A DNA stretch of 64,000 bases from Gnetum montanum (lineage: Eukaryota > Plantae > Gnetophyta), in contig MNCI01000737.1 of NCBI GenBank assembly GCA_015680685.1, positions 678,440 through 742,439 on the forward strand, given 5' to 3'. Numbering within the stretch: the stretch's first letter is position 1; each line of letters starts with the position of its first letter. Position numbers and translations under genes: made by a program. Under the pieces are notes generated by a model. That model did not search any database. It saw only the letters and a list, made by a program, of their open reading frames with translations, and had not been told where the DNA came from. This document shows positions 12,624 to 27,304 of this stretch, in pieces.

Positions 12624-13390
12624 TGATGAGTGGCGAGGTACCCCTACACTCAACCATACGAATACGAGCGTTTCACGCGCAATCTGGTCGAACTCCAAGG
12701 ACTAAGTGCTTATGCGCCCTAATGGAACACTTAAGGGTTAATCAATTGTTGTCTTCCCAGACTTACTTGTATTGTCACGGTTGTATGGTTAAGTAAACCT
12801 GAGGTGTATGATTTTTATGTCTTTTATCTTTTTAACGCCTATGCTAAGAGGGGAAAGGTGAAGAGACTAAATAACTAACTTTCATTAACTAAGTTCTAAT
12901 AGTCCTAGCACCGGTATCCGTTCCCACTTACCGTACACAGCCTGAACCAGTGTAACACTACTGGGATTACCAAACGCTACTCGTTACAGGGTTACCAAGT
13001 GTTACACACGTGCTCAAAGTAGTCGTACTGAATGCACTTAACTAGGAGAGTTGAGGGTTGAGAGAGATTAATTATCTAAGAAAGCATTTAAACATTTAAT
13101 AGTAATTAAATCCTATTTAGCTTAATCCATATGCTGCAAGGTTTATCAGAAATTTTGTCTTTATTGTTGTACACAAATGTGTGCTTAGGTACAATTTGCT
13201 CGAATAAAGATCCGTTCACTTTAAGACTCCTACTGCGAGCACATGGAAATTATTCTAACTCTGGAATGGTAAAACTGCCATAGTTTGGCTAAGGGTCTAG
13301 ATCTAGATGGGAAAACAAGGGAAAGCCTCCTCTTATTTATACGCATGACAGCAAGCTACGATATCGCATACGCGATATTGTAGCTCATCA
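12624..13390 (-). mobile_element. Solo LTR, subfamily A
   Basis: Family termini; perfect TSD ACAAT. Confidence 0.92.
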
Positions 13391-14235
13391 ACAATAATAA
13401 ACTTATCTATCATAAAATCCATTAGCCAATGAAGTTTCAACTTTCATCTCTAAAAGTCATTCACCAATAAAGTTTCAACTTTCATCATTCAAACTAACTA
13501 GGCAAAGGCAAATGTATAACAATTAAACTCAAATAGACATATTATATTCTAAGCGTAGCTCTAAGAAAATATAAATCAAATCAATCATGAATACACAATA
13601 CAATATCACACATAAAATGTTGTGTTCAAAAAATAAGCAATTTTTAATGTTGAAAGCAACCAAATATAACCTCAACTCAAAGAAAAAAATTCTGACTTTT
13701 ACACGTAATTCTAGAAAATAAATGTTACCGGAGCACAAGTCAATTCAAAGTCATATGTCTTCTAGTTTTATGTAAACTAATACAAAGAAATTCATTCATG
13801 CAATAGCTAAATTGCTTTTGATGAAAATAGAGAAAATACAAATTTCTTTTGAAAAAAAAACCTTACATGATAGTTTGAACAATAATAATTTTCTTGTAGT
13901 TGAGCCTCAAAAGATGTTTTTCTTTTAACATGATTTTGTCAATGGTGAAATAAGAAGAAGAAAGAAGTTGTAGAATGTTCTAATGGAACACTAGAAAAAT
14001 TGAAAATAAATCATAATAAAGATTTATGCATTGCCACGAATCAACCATTGTAGTATTTGCAGCCCCAAATCAATCAAATTTTATCCCTACTTCACCCACT
14101 CTCTCCTTGACTAAGCTACCTTCTTCAATTAGTAAGGACTCTTTTAAGAACTATACACTATATAAAAAGAATGTGTTGTTACTTTCCGTAAGCTTTCATA
14201 AACTCAAAATCTACCTACCTTTGTTCAAGTTTAGA

Positions 14236-15104
14236 TCATGAATCATGTTTTTTAGCAGCTAAGATAACTTAGCCTTGATATCTCATGCTACGTTATTAGA
14301 TATTTGATATCTCAGGATGCATGCCTACCTATAAATACAACACTTGGGTGCATGATCTAAATAACTTTCATTTCATCCTTAGGTAGATTCTTGCAGTTTC
14401 ATTTCATAGTTTTAGTGATAGAGTAAATGCCTACAATGTGGTGTTGAGCAACTGTACAAAATCTTTATTTGAGTGAAGTGTACTTGGGCACAATTCATGA
14501 CCAGAAATAAAGATTGAGATTGTTTTTCATCATTACAGCATCCACTTAGTTTTACTGTTTTACTTAGCATATTTTTTACTATTTTTTTAGTTTAATCATT
14601 TACATTTCCAAATACTTTACTTTCTTATTCATTAGTAAAGTAGAATGAGTACAATTGGTTTTGAGCGTTTAAGTGTAATCATTTGGTAATCTCAATAGTA
14701 TTATTGCTTGGTTCACCAAATAGTAATGGTTAATGCTTGGTAACCCAATAATGGTTACATGAGCCCAAGACATGTATGGTAAGCCAAGACCAGATGCTCA
14801 TCACTCTAGGCTAGAGTAGATTTACGTTATCATCATTACTTAGATTTAGAATTAAATTTCATTCTCAATTATGTTTATCACTAGTAGTAAAATGGGCCTA
14901 ACAACATCAATTACCACATGCCTAACTTTGGACTAAACCATACATAGCAAAGCTACCACTAGTCTAAGTGAGAAGACAACGTCTTGAAATCAATGCTTGA
15001 CAATCTAGATGCCACAACTAGTCTTGTCCATAAAAGTCGATTAGATTGTGCATGAACGCTTATGATTCATATGGTTGGGCGTAGGAGGTACCCTCTACTC
15101 ATCA
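14236..15104 (+). mobile_element. Solo LTR, subfamily B, old
   Basis: TCATGAA (degenerate)...CTCATCA; TSD TTAGA on both sides; internal homology to the other LTRs. Confidence 0.8.
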
Positions 15105-15215
15105 TTAGATATTAAGCTATAGGACTATCTTCATTCTTATTTAGAGCTTTAGATATTAGGCTATAAGAGTTGCCTTCATTTGAACTTGAGACATTAGGCA
15201 ATAGGTATACCCTAC
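15105..15215 (+). repeat. Three short degenerate direct repeats (~40-45 bp)
   Basis: TTAGATATTAAGCTATAGG / TTAGATATTAGGCTATAAG / TGAGACATTAGGCAATAGG. Confidence 0.5.
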
Positions 15216-15559
15216 ATAAGGTAGATGAGTAGGTATATTAATGAATTAAAATAGCTATAATAAAAATATACAGTTTCTATCTTTTATGAAATATATATAT
15301 ATATATATATACAATATAGCCTTATGTTACTGCTACTAGTATAGTTGTTATATATGTGTGTGGTTTTGAGACATTTGAAATTGTAATATATGGTCTAGAC
15401 CCCCTCATATAGGCAAAATGCTTATATAATTCCAACCCTGGTATCCCATACCTCACTTCCAAAAAATCATCATACTTCCCATCCACCAGGGATGTGTAAG
15501 GACTTCCACTTAATCATGTATAGATCCTTTTTTACATATAGGTAATAAAGCTAAGAGCA

Positions 15560-15640
15560 CACGAGGCTAGTAGACCTGTAAGAGGTGCTTGTCTCTCAAG
15601 TCATAAAACCTAGGTCCAAGCCTAGGCATAGCCACTTGAA
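15560..15640 (+). repeat. tRNA-like (SINE head) relic
   Basis: Degenerate T-arm CCTAGGTCCAAGCCTAGG and an anticodon-like region; not a functional tRNA. Confidence 0.3.
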
Positions 15641-16299
15641 AGAGATTAGGTTTTTACTCATTCACAAACCTTTCTAGGACCTTGCCTTGGTCTGATGAGC
15701 ATTGAACCTTTGGGTGATGATCCTATTATTACATATAGTAAGGAATTTTGGTGCAATATGCTGTATTATTTTATTTATACTTGTAAATAATAATTTTTAT
15801 GGGTTAAACATTTATTTTATAAGTTAATTAGATCAAGGTTAAATTCAAATCCTTTGATATACATAGCATTTCTATTAGTTATTTATAAAGTATTTTATAT
15901 ATTTAGTATGGATGTTACACATATCACACGAAAACTAATGATCAAATTAAACAAGTAAATTCAATTTTGGAAGGTATTTTACAAATTTATGTGGGATCCA
16001 AGCCCAAAACATCAAAAAATTATATCTATTTAACGAAATTCATGTATAATATTAATTAGAAAAGGTCAATTCAACTAACTCTATTTGAAGTAGTATATGT
16101 ACGAAATTGTTGTACACCCTTAACTTTAGCCAATCTAACCTTACAAGTCAAAGGGAAAAAAGAATAAAATAAAACCATTAAAAATATTATTACAAAAGTT
16201 AAATAGTATCTACAAGCTACTCAAGATAATTATAACAAATATGTTGACTAACATTGCTTGAGAAAAGAGTTTCAAGTAGGAGATAAAGTTCAACCACTT

Positions 16300-16830
16300 G
16301 TTCTATACTCTATTTGGAAGCTTCGGTGTGTAATCATTTTCTAGTAGCAAGAGCATAACTATGACTTCTCTTTAGGATTTAAATACCAAATTCTCAAAGA
16401 TGTTGATTTTCAGCTACAAGTTTAGGTAAATAAGCTCATAGTAAAAGTTGAACAATTAATTTGTTTTCTACAGTATTAATTTGTTATTGTTTTGGAGATG
16501 CAAGAATGGGATGCTTTTAGCTTTTGTTTCTATTTGTTCTTTACTTATGATTAATGTATTATTTTATCTTTAAAGAGAGTTTTCTCCTTATCATTACAAG
16601 AATCCCTTTAGTAAGAAATGAAAACTTGTGACTGCACTTCTAAATAAGGACAAGGCCCAATCCTTTTCCTACCCTAGAGGGAAAGTTTTTAAAGATTGGT
16701 TGTAAGGATAAAAACTTGAAAAGGAATCCCCAAAATCATTGGGATTTTTCTTAGACTCTCTTCTGGATGATATAATGTACTCTAATTTTTTTTAATATTA
16801 TTATTCATTTATTAGGTCAAGACCCCCTCA
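16300..16830 (+). mobile_element. 5'-truncated L1-type LINE 3' end
   Basis: Colinear with 52765-53290 and 26930-27290 (AGCAAGAGCATAACTATGAC, AATAAGGACAAGGCC). Confidence 0.75.
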
Positions 16831-16839
16831 ACTAAAAGC

Positions 16840-17150
16840 TCCTTGAGACTAGGAAAGTATTCCAAGTTGATCCTTCACACAAATTTTAAAATTCACCTAA
16901 TCTTTCATGTATGTTTATTGAAGAAGTTCCATCAAAATGACAACCACTATTTCTTAGAATGAAGCAAGTTATCCTTCAAGTCTCATGTGAATTTCAAAGT
17001 GAAACTCATAACTATAAATGATGAAAGAACAAGGAAACTTAAAAAATAAAATAATTTCTAAAGTACAAGTTCAATGGTCCAACTATGAATAAGAAACCCT
17101 AGAAAATATGGAGATTATGTTCAACTCTTATTCTCATCTTTTTAATCATA
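16840..17150 (+). mobile_element. Ty3/gypsy integrase-chromodomain remnant
   Basis: FHVCLLKKF, then RTRKLK and VQVQW-like segments in shifted frames. Confidence 0.5.
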
Positions 17151-18059
17151 TTGAAAATTAAATACTAAAATATGATTATTTGAGCTATATAGATATAAAT
17201 ATGACTAATAGGTATTTTTCTTTGCATATGATAATGAAGTTGAAAATGATGGATAATAAGGTAAAGGAAGTGAAAACCAAAAAGACATGAAAGTAGGTTA
17301 GATATTCCCTAAAAAGATGTTGAAGATGAGCTCAAGGTTGAGCATGAAACCTAGTTGGGGTAGATTTACGAATGAAGTAAAAACATTATCTATAATTCAT
17401 GTAATTAATTCTCTTTAAACAAAGGAATGCCTTGTTACAAGGGAATGTAATTATTTGTGATATTCTTTATGGTTTTCGCCTATGGCATGAAAACCCTCTA
17501 AATTAGAGGTCATGCTAACATGGAGTTACTAAACTAACAATGACCAGTAATAAGAGCCAAGCAAGTAACAATGAGGTGTTAGCCTAGTAATAAGACTCTT
17601 GATTTGAAAGCTTCAAGTGAGTAATGCTGAGTTATGAAGTTTTAATTAAACTATATGTCTTAGGATATACCTATATGACAATTATATTAGGGTTTTAATA
17701 AGAGGTAAGTGAAGTGGGACAACAAAGAACTGATCATCACTTCATTCATATTGATCTAATTGTGGTGGTAGTACTAGATTGCCTCTAAAATATTAATGTC
17801 ATAGGAAGATAACCTTAAGATCCTTACACTTATAACAATTGGTTATTTTTCCCTATCTTATGCATCATTTGTCTTAAGCTTGTTTACAAGTTAGTGCATT
17901 ATGATCATGTGAATCAAGTTAAATCATGACATCTAGAAATGTGATGTCATGTATTGTGATTGAACCTATAACTTCAGTGTCATAAGCCATATGCTTTAAC
18001 AACGTCAAAAATGCTTCGCTAATTGGGTGTACCTAATAGTTAAATTTTGAAGTATGGAA

Positions 18060-19362
18060 AAATACCTTTAAAATGAAGAAACATCATGTTTGTTTTTATC
18101 TACAAAAATAAAGGAGATTGCAAAAGAGTGCAAATTATAGAGGAATAAAGTTAATAAGTCATACTATAAAGTAAAGGAAAAAACTCATAATGCAACATCT
18201 TAGCTTGAAACAATAGTATTACAAAATATATTTAAATATATGTTAGGAAGATCTATTATAGTGATAATTTTCTTACTATAATAATTAATAAGGAAATTTA
18301 AAAAAACATAGAAAAAATATGCATACCACCTTCATTGACTTGGAAAATGTATATGATAGAGTGCCTAGAAATATTATTTAGTATGTCTTGCAAACGAAAA
18401 ACATCTTTGATAAATATATTAAGTAATTCAAGACACATATAAAAGAACCACTATTAGAATAAAAAAAACTTGTGGAATTACATTTGATCTTCCAATGATA
18501 ATAGGTCCACATCAAGTGTTTGCACTTAGCCCACAGTTATTTGCTATTGTTGTAGATGAATCAACAAAGAAGATACATGATGAAATCTTCTAGTGTATGC
18601 TATTTGTAGATGTCATTATATTGGTGTATATAACTCAAGAAAATAGTTCTTTTAAAAGGAAAAAGTGGACATGTTCTAGAATCAAAAAGCTTAAAAATCA
18701 ATAGAAGTAAGTCAAAATTTATGGTAAGTAAATTTAATAGGAGTACAAATAATAATGAAATAGAAGTGACAATTCAAGGTGAAAAAGTCTCTCATTGGAA
18801 ATAGTTTCACTATCTAGGATTAATGTTTTAGATAGTGAAATTGATAATGATATAAGAAATAGAATTAAGATAGGTTGGCCAAAAGAGAGACAAGCTAGTG
18901 TTGTTCTATGTGATAAAAGAATTCCAATAAAGCCAAAGAAAAAATTTTATGAGATAATAACTATACATTCTATCTTATAATATTGGACTCTACAAAAGAA
19001 AGAAACAACAAATCCATGTGATAGAAATGTGAATGCTTATATTGATGTTGACTATTACAAAAATAGATAAATTATATACTATAGATGTTAGAGAAATTAG
19101 ATAGCCTATATGATTAATGTCTAATATGATTTTGGCATATGTAAAAAAATTAGATAATGAGCCTACTATAAAAGATTACTACATCACTATCCTAGGAAAG
19201 CCATAAAAAGATAGCCAAAAAGACATGATAATAACTAATTAAAGATGATTTGAAGAAATTGCAAATAATTAATGATCTAGCTCTTCATAGATGTAAAAGG
19301 TGAAAGATAACTCATGTAGTTGACCACATTTTTGTTGGAATAAGACTTATGATGATAATGAT
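18060..19362 (+). mobile_element. Degenerate RTE-clade LINE (RT and 3' end)
   Basis: FIDLENVYDRVP, LSPQLFAIVVDE, CMLFVDV, DIRNRIKIGW; RTE-type tail CATGTAGTTGACC...GGAATAAGACTTATGATGATAATGAT. Confidence 0.85.
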
Positions 19363-19599
19363 ATCCCTATCTAGTATGATTTGAAGCTTCGTATAAAAAA
19401 TAAAATGTAAGCTATAAAGGGTACAATAGCTATTTTATTGTCTAATAAGTATTTTTATAGAGTGTTTGATTGGTGAGGGTTTCTACATTGATCTGAGTTA
19501 GCAAGAATTCTGGCATTAATATTACGTGAATGCCACCAAATTCAGTAGATGATCCTTTAGGTAAAACCACTACCTTTTTACCTTTCTATGAATTACTTG

Positions 19600-22500
19600 A
19601 TGATTTATATAAATCTATTACTCAAGAAATTTTCTGAAAGTTATGCTTTCATGCAAATTTTGAGTTATTTACCTCATTTCTCAAGTTTTTATAGTCAATT
19701 AAATTTTGTTGCAAAAGATCGAGGTTTGAATGTTGTCCATGCTCATTATTTGTTAAACTCATTTTTGCTAATAAAATTTGTTGATTCAATGATGGTTTCT
19801 AAAAACTTGATATATTAGTATTTTCAATCATCATCATGGTTCATTAATTATTCAAAAGTGGACTCTCTTTTAATTCAATATCTTCTGAATTCTGAAAGGT
19901 TCCTTGTTTTGTTGAATTACTAAATCTTCCAATAATTTTTGAAAAATTTGAAAGGGATATTGCCTTTCATATTAGGCTAATCAAGCATTATGAAACCCTC
20001 ACTACAGCTAGTAGTTTTCGCAAAATTTAATATATGATTAACATGGATCTTGATTCGCTTAACTGAGAAATTCTTTTACATGCTAGTGAAATTGATTATG
20101 CATAAAAGGTTGTTTATTGCAATCTTCCAAAGTCATGTCACTATTATTATCATAAGCATCAAATGTTTCACTCATGTCCTTTTATGCTATGAAAAAAGGC
20201 AACACAAGCATGTTAGCAACAAGCTACTGTAAATATTACTAAGGTTTCTTTTGCAAATGTTAAGCTACAAATCCTATGATAATTTCTTCTATTGATGTTT
20301 CAATAGCTATTCCATCTCTTTCTTTTACTACTCTTCAATAGAATGTAGCTTCAAGGAATGTTCCAATGAAATAAGTTTCAAAAAAATCTTCAATGATTAT
20401 GGGAAAAAAAATATGTATTCCTAAGGTTTCATAAAATCCTATTGTTGATTCAGATGATTTTCAAATGGTTTTTCATAATAAAAAATATTGATGAAGTCTA
20501 TCTATTGGTTAATATATGTCAAATCTTTAGAAATTGCCATGGGCTTTCTATTTTCAATTAACATCCTTAACATCACTAATTTTATCCTTAGAAATTGCCA
20601 TGAAAATTCTTAGGCCATGGGCTTTCTATTTGATGTGATGTTAAGGAATAATTTTTTTATCTGATGTTTTTAGAACAAATGTTCATTATGATGATTAGTT
20701 TACCTATTCTAACCTCTGTGAAGGATATAATCAAATTTGTGAAAGACTTGACTAGTTTTATTTTTTTCAATTATTCTTCTTGGTTCTATGATGGAAATGT
20801 TATAATTTAGAAAGATACAATTCTTTCAAACCATTTTCCAATTTCTTTTGATTTGGAATTTGGTATTAAATCTTCAATTCAACCTTATGAGGTTTTCCAT
20901 ATGAATACATCCTTATTTCTTACTCCTAGAAAAGGTATTTTGACATCTCTTTGGAATGCAAAAATAAGACCTCTTGGTAAATTAAGTTAGATTAGTTAAT
21001 GGTTTTATGTTATACATCATGTTTGTAATTTTCCTCATTAGTTAGGTAAGCAATATGCTAAGAGACAAAGGGAGATTGAGAAAAAAATCTATGATGAAAT
21101 TCAAAAACTTAGCATTACTTTACATAATGATTCCTGTAATATTAATGTTCAACAATAACTTACTTATTTTTTCTCCATCAAAAAAATGGGATATGCATAA
21201 TGCTAAGAGTACTTTTATTAAGAGTTATTTCAACTAGTTAAAACTAGAGAGAGAACCATGCAAAGAATTTTTTAAATTCTTAAAACGTAAAGGTAATTTG
21301 CCTATTATTGACTTCATGGAAGTTGATGGTCAAAGTTTTGATCCTCTTATTATCGATGGTTTTCTTGAAAAACATTTTCAACATGTATTTGTCTTAGAGA
21401 ATTTTGGTTATGCTAATTTTCTTTCTAATTGTGATCATTTACCTAATATTGTTCATGGCAATCACAACCATCTTCTTAAACATGACATATTTTTACTAAA
21501 ATTAAAGATGCAATCATTGAATAATGTTCTCTTAGTTAAGTGTTGAATGAGAAGTCATCAGACTTATTCCTAAGGATGTTGATCTCTCTCATGTTAGTAA
21601 TTGGTGTTCTATTACTCTTCAAAATTATATTTATAAAATTTTGGCTAAATGTCTTATGAGTAGATTGAAACTAATTATTCCTCAGTTAATTACTTGAGTG
21701 CAAACTGACTTTGTTAAAGGTAGATATATTCTAGATAATGTTATTGCAATTTCAAAGGGTATGCATTAGGCTGAGGATTCCAATCAAGACGTTACTTTTT
21801 AAAACTTGATTATGGTAAAGCATATGATAGAATTGAATGGTGATTTATTATTATTTATCTTTGCAAATATGGTATTAATGAAAAATTTATTAGGATAGGG
21901 AAGACTCATTTTGTAGACACTAATGTACATGTGGCTAGAAATGTTAGGATTACTGAGAGTTTCAACCTTGAATGCTCAGTTAGGCAAGGTTGTCCTCTTG
22001 CTCCTTATCTCTTCATCCTTGCAATAGATTTTTATGTTATGTTATACAGAAGGAAAATGAACATAATTTGCTATAATGCTCTTGATTAAAAACAATGTTC
22101 CCACCTTATTAAATATGCATTTTGCAAATGACTCCTTTTCTATGATAAAAAATGACAAAGCTACTATAGATTATCTTTTTTATAATGTTGATCAATATTA
22201 TAGATTTTTAGCCTCTCAAATTAATTGATTTAAATCTTCTATCTTTTCTAATAAGAAGGTTCAAGAATGGGCTTTGTCTAAATCTTGACATTTCTTAAAA
22301 TAGTCAAATGTTTTCAAATTATTAGGCATTCGCTTTATCTTTGGTGGATCTTGAAAAACTTTATGGAATGTTACAGTGAAAAAAAATGAAGAAATACTTA
22401 TTAAGTGAAAGGAGAAGAAGTTTTAAATGGCTAGAAAGTTTATTTTTTGTAAGCATATAATTCAAGCTACTTATGTGTATTATTCTTCATGTTTGGATCC

Positions 22501-23665
22501 TAGTATTTCTACATATTGTCACATTGATCAGCTTGTGAGAAATTTTCTTTGGAATAACAACCATTCTAGGAAAAGATTTTATTGTGTTGCATGAAACATT
22601 TGTATATCTCACAAAGAGGACGATGGCCTAGGATTTATGAATTATGAAAAGCAAGGTATTATTTTATGTGCCAAGTAGATGGTTAAATGCTTATCTCGTA
22701 GAGAGCCATGGAAGCTTTTCTTTCAAAAGTGCATTCAAATGGGTAAACCTAGAGTTAGTGGTTACTAGAGAGATAATCATTTTTTTAATTGGATCCTTTT
22801 CCCAAAAGGCATTACTATAATAGGTTCTATTGTTATAATGCATATTTGAAAGGCTTGGAGTTTTATCAATGATTTTTTTAACTTCAATAATATTATTATT
22901 TGTACCTCTATGCTTGATAAGCTTTCTCCTTGGTGGCTTTCAATTAATAATGAACCTTGGCTATGAAGTATCAATGCCTTTGTAGTACATGGTGTAAGCT
23001 TGGAATTTCCTCCCTTTCATATCTTTGCATGCATAATTGTTGGATTAGTCCTTCTAAAAAGTCTATTTTTTTTAACTTTTAGATAGTTTGGATAGAAATG
23101 TAGTTATTCAAGATTCTCATAATGATTTTCATGATTTTTCTTAGATTAAGGACTATCATGTTTTTCTATATCAGTCCAAGATTATATATAATCTTATTAG
23201 TTCTAATACTTCAATTATCTTTGGAAGGTTAATCATAATGTGCACTTATGGAAGTAGCAAATTTAGAAGATATGGAATGCCACTACTCCTTCAAAAGGTA
23301 TACATGTTCTATGATACTTAATTTATCAAGGTTTTCCTATTAGGATTCAACGGTCTCATTTTGGTATTCATGACCCAAGATATCCTATTTACAACATGGA
23401 AATACATTCATCCATTTTTTTTTACTTGTCCTCTTGCTTGTAACTCTTGGACTTGGTGTAGCAAGTATTGATATGGTTTTTAACTAAGATTACATGACAT
23501 TTTATTTGGTGATACTCCTCAACATTCAAGATTCCTACTTCTTAGTTGGCATTGCTTTCATCCTCTTATTCTTCATGCCATCTAGAAGTTTTAACATTAA
23601 CTAAGATTCTTTGGATCTATTAGATTAATTTCAAAATTCCCTTTTTATTGATTTTTTTTTTAAAT
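19600..23665 (+). mobile_element. Degenerate L1-type LINE
   Basis: KILAKCLMSRLK, QTDFVKGRYILDNV, KLDYGKAYDRIEW, VRQGCPLAPYLF, MHFAND; many stops; 5' boundary approximate. Confidence 0.8.
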
Positions 23666-23677
23666 TTATAACTCAAC

Positions 23678-23985
23678 GTTGCCTAGTGGAATCAAACCTA
23701 TAACCTAGCATTGCTAACGCAAGACTGTTACCACTAAATTAACACCTAATTATTATAAATAAATATGAACCTTCAACCTCTCACATATTGTTGTAACTAC
23801 ATGCCACTATTCTATATATCTTTTTAAGATATGAGTATTTTGACCACTATGCTACATCCCTAGGTGTTAGCATTTTTAGTTAGTATATATGGATAACTAA
23901 TATGAATTGTTATGTGGCTCAAGTGGTTAGCTAATTATCTTGTTAGACAAGAGGTTGCTAGTTTGACTCATACTTAAGACCTTAT
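23678..23985. repeat. Cluster of tRNA-derived (SINE-like) relics in both orientations
   Basis: The minus strand of 23678-23746 reads as a decayed tRNA (TTAGTGGTA D-loop, GGTTTGATTCC T-loop); plus-strand GTGGCTCAAGTGGTTAG at ~23915; partial copy at 28491-28528. Confidence 0.4.
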
Positions 23986-24964
23986 ATTCCTCTATACTTC
24001 TCTAATATCTCTTGTTGGCCATATGTCTTAAGATATGCCCATAGTCAAATTAAGAAGTAGGATAACACTAATGGCAAAGAATCTCAACTGGATAATTTAT
24101 ATTATCATTTTCTATTGGATATTTATTTCCTATAGAAGTTGGTATATTATCAAAGATTCTTATTACTATAACAAAATTATTTTTGCTATTTTAAGTTCAA
24201 GCATGAATATTGAAAGTAATGCAAATGTTATTAGGATTGGGATCATTCTCCCTATTAATAATTAATTTTCCTATTTTGATTTTTGAAATCATTATTTCAA
24301 TTCTAAGTTTATAAACCTAAGTAGAAATCTCTAAAATTGAAAATTTCTTCATTTTCCATATTATTTTTCCTATTTGCTACTTAGTTCTAAATATATGATG
24401 TATTTTGGTCTAGTTGCATATTCATTTGCTTATGATGTGCCCAATGCATCTCTAACCTTTGACTAATGAGATATGAGCTCCTATGATGTGCTTGCAAGTA
24501 CTCTAACCACTTTGAGTGCACCATTCCTCATTACTATTTGATGACTTTAGGATGGTGCCAAATGGTGTTTTCTAAGGTTAACACTATAAAACTTGGTACT
24601 ATTTTTTGGATCTAAAATGCTCCCATACTCCCCTCCTTATGGCCCCCCATAGCCCCCCTCCCACCATCGATAAAGAAAAAGGGAAAAGAATTTAAATTCC
24701 AATCCCCTCCATCCAAAAAGATAAAAAATAATTAAAAATCATTTAAATCAAAGTTAGCATCTATTTAAAATTATTGTCTACTTACAAATAAAATTGAACA
24801 TTTCAACATATTTTAGTTATTACACATGGATAGCTAACACAAACTAAGTTTTATGGTCATTTGACCCATTTCAAACTCATACTTCTCAAGGTAATTCATA
24901 GTTCATGCACTCCTCAAGGTAGAGGTCAATTCATAAGAGTTGAGTTTGCTAAAGTAGTGCTAGT

Positions 24965-27290
24965 TTTAGCTAAATGCATGGCTTGTCATATTCAGAAGGC
25001 TATTGAAAATATCATTAAACCTAAGCAAACTCATTTTGTTAAAGGTAGACATATCTTAAATAATGTTATTGAAGTTTGGGACTGAATGCAAGGAATGCAA
25101 TGGACTTCTAATACTAACCAAGACATTGCTTTTATTAAGTTAGATTATGCCAAAGCTTATGATAGGATTGAATAGAATTTCATTATTTCTTGTGTATATA
25201 AATTGACATTTGGTGATTATTTTATTTGACTTATCTCTACCTCACTGATGCTAATGCTCAATTTGCTACTAATTTTGGACTAAGTTCCTCTTTTTCTCTT
25301 CAATGGTTCATTTTTCAAGGTTATCCTCTAGCTCCCTACCTTTTTATTATTGTTGTAAACTTTCTTTTACATGATCTACATTATCATTAACAAAGGAACT
25401 TCATTAAAGAAATTTCAATTGATGATCAAGGTACACAATTGCTTAACATGCACTTTGCAAATGATTCTTTTTTATGATCAATAATTCTCTACAACATGTT
25501 AATACTATTTTAGTTAGAGTGAAGAATTACTACATGTTCTCTAGCTCTAGAATCACTTGGAAATTTTTTTTGTTTATTGTAACTATAATCTTGATGAGTG
25601 AGCTACTCTCAAGTCTTGAAAAAAAATATTTGTCTTCAAATTTTTAGGAATACCTTTTTCTTTTGAGCCTCATCTTCATAGTTTGTGGAATAATGTGGTT
25701 GACAAAATTTAAAAGAAAATTGATAAATGGAAAGAAGAAAAAAACTCATCCTTGCTAGCAAAGTTTTAGTTTTTAAGAAAATATTTAATTAACTTATGTT
25801 TATTTTTCTAATTGTTGGGCTCCTTCTAAAACTTCTTATGAGATAATGGATTGTATTATCTGTCAATTCTTTGGTCTACTAAGTAATATAGCAAGGGTTT
25901 TTTAGAGTTTATTGGGATATTTACACTACTAGCATGAAAGATAGAGGATTTGGCCTCATTAATTATTATAACTAGGGTGTTTCTCTTGTAGCAAAATGGA
26001 TTGCAAAGTGCATTAATGGAGATGATATTTGGATGCTCTTCTTAAGAAATAAACTTATGCAAGGAAAACTTAAGAATAATAATAGTTGGTCTTATAATAA
26101 CTTTCTTTACTATCTTCTTTTTTCTTAGGCCATTTCTGTTCTAGGTTCTCTAATTCTTTAACAATTTTGGAAGACATGGTGCAAGCTTAGTAAATATTGG
26201 AATTGTAATCATATTACAGTTTTAAAATATATGATTAAGTAAATTAGCCCATGATGGCTTCTTTTTAATGAAGGATGGGCTACTAAGTACATTTGGTATC
26301 ATTGTAATTTCTTATCTACATATGCATAATACATAGATTTCTTAGAATTGATCTTCTAGCCTCTATGGTTTGAATAGAAAGATGAAAAATAACTTTGAAA
26401 ATTTAATTTCTAATTTTGAGAATTTATTTAAAGTCTACAAAAATTTACATTAGGCATTTCCAAATATTTTTTAGAAGAATGATAGATATGTTTTTCGTTT
26501 TAATTTAAAAGTTATTTATTGGATTATTATAAAGAATGATTTTATTTATAACAAATTTAATGAGACCTAGAAAATGCAATTATCATTGTACTTTTGGAGG
26601 AGGAAAATAAAAGATATTTGGAGAGCTCCTACATATTCTAAAATTCATATTTGTTTACTATGTCTTATTCATCAAGGTCTTCCTATCAATACTCATTTTA
26701 AACATATGAGAAATCTTTCTCCTCAATGTCCTCTTTATCGAAATGAAGACTCATTTTCTCATGTTTCTTTTGAGTGTCATGTTGCTCAGCATGCCTAGAA
26801 ATGGACATTCATAATTTGTAACAGCTTTTAATCAAGCATCAACGAAGTTATTTTTGGTTATCATCCTACTTTGTCTACTATATTTCTTTGCATTTGGAAT
26901 TGTCTTTGACCTCTTATTCTCTACTTTATTTTCTAGCAACAAGAGCATATATATGACCTCTCCTCAAGTGTCAAATGCCAAATTCTTAAAGATGTTACTT
27001 TTCAACTACACCTTTAAGTAAAGAAGTTCTTAGTGAAAGCTAAACAATTAATTTGTTTACTATCATATTAATTTCTTTTTGTTTTGGAGACTCAAGGATG
27101 AGAAGCTTTCAACTTTTGTTGCTATTTGATCTTTATCTTTGATTGATGTATTCTTTTTTCTTTAGAGAGAGTTTTCTTCTTCTCTTTACAAGTAACCCTT
27201 TGGTAATAAGTGAAAGCCCATGAGAGTGCTTGTGAATAAGGACAAGGCCTAATTCTTTTCCTATCATGGAGGGGAGGCTTTTTAAGACTA
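24965..27290 (+). mobile_element. 5'-truncated L1-type LINE (RT to 3' UTR)
   Basis: LAKCMA, QTHFVKGRHILNNV, IKLDYAKAYDRIE, zinc-knuckle-like CPLY..ED..HVSFEC; same family as 49350-53290. Confidence 0.85.
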
Positions 27291-27304
27291 TAATTGATTG
27301 AAAA

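Noticed and set aside
12624-12665. Hammerhead ribozyme (retrozyme) at the LTR terminus: UGAUGA followed by a hairpin
   Set aside because: The required preceding C comes from variable flank, and the hairpin is followed by UCAA/AACC instead of GAAA; no stems I or III were found.
11400-14230. Possible LINE remnant on the minus strand
   Set aside because: No diagnostic motif could be read with confidence.
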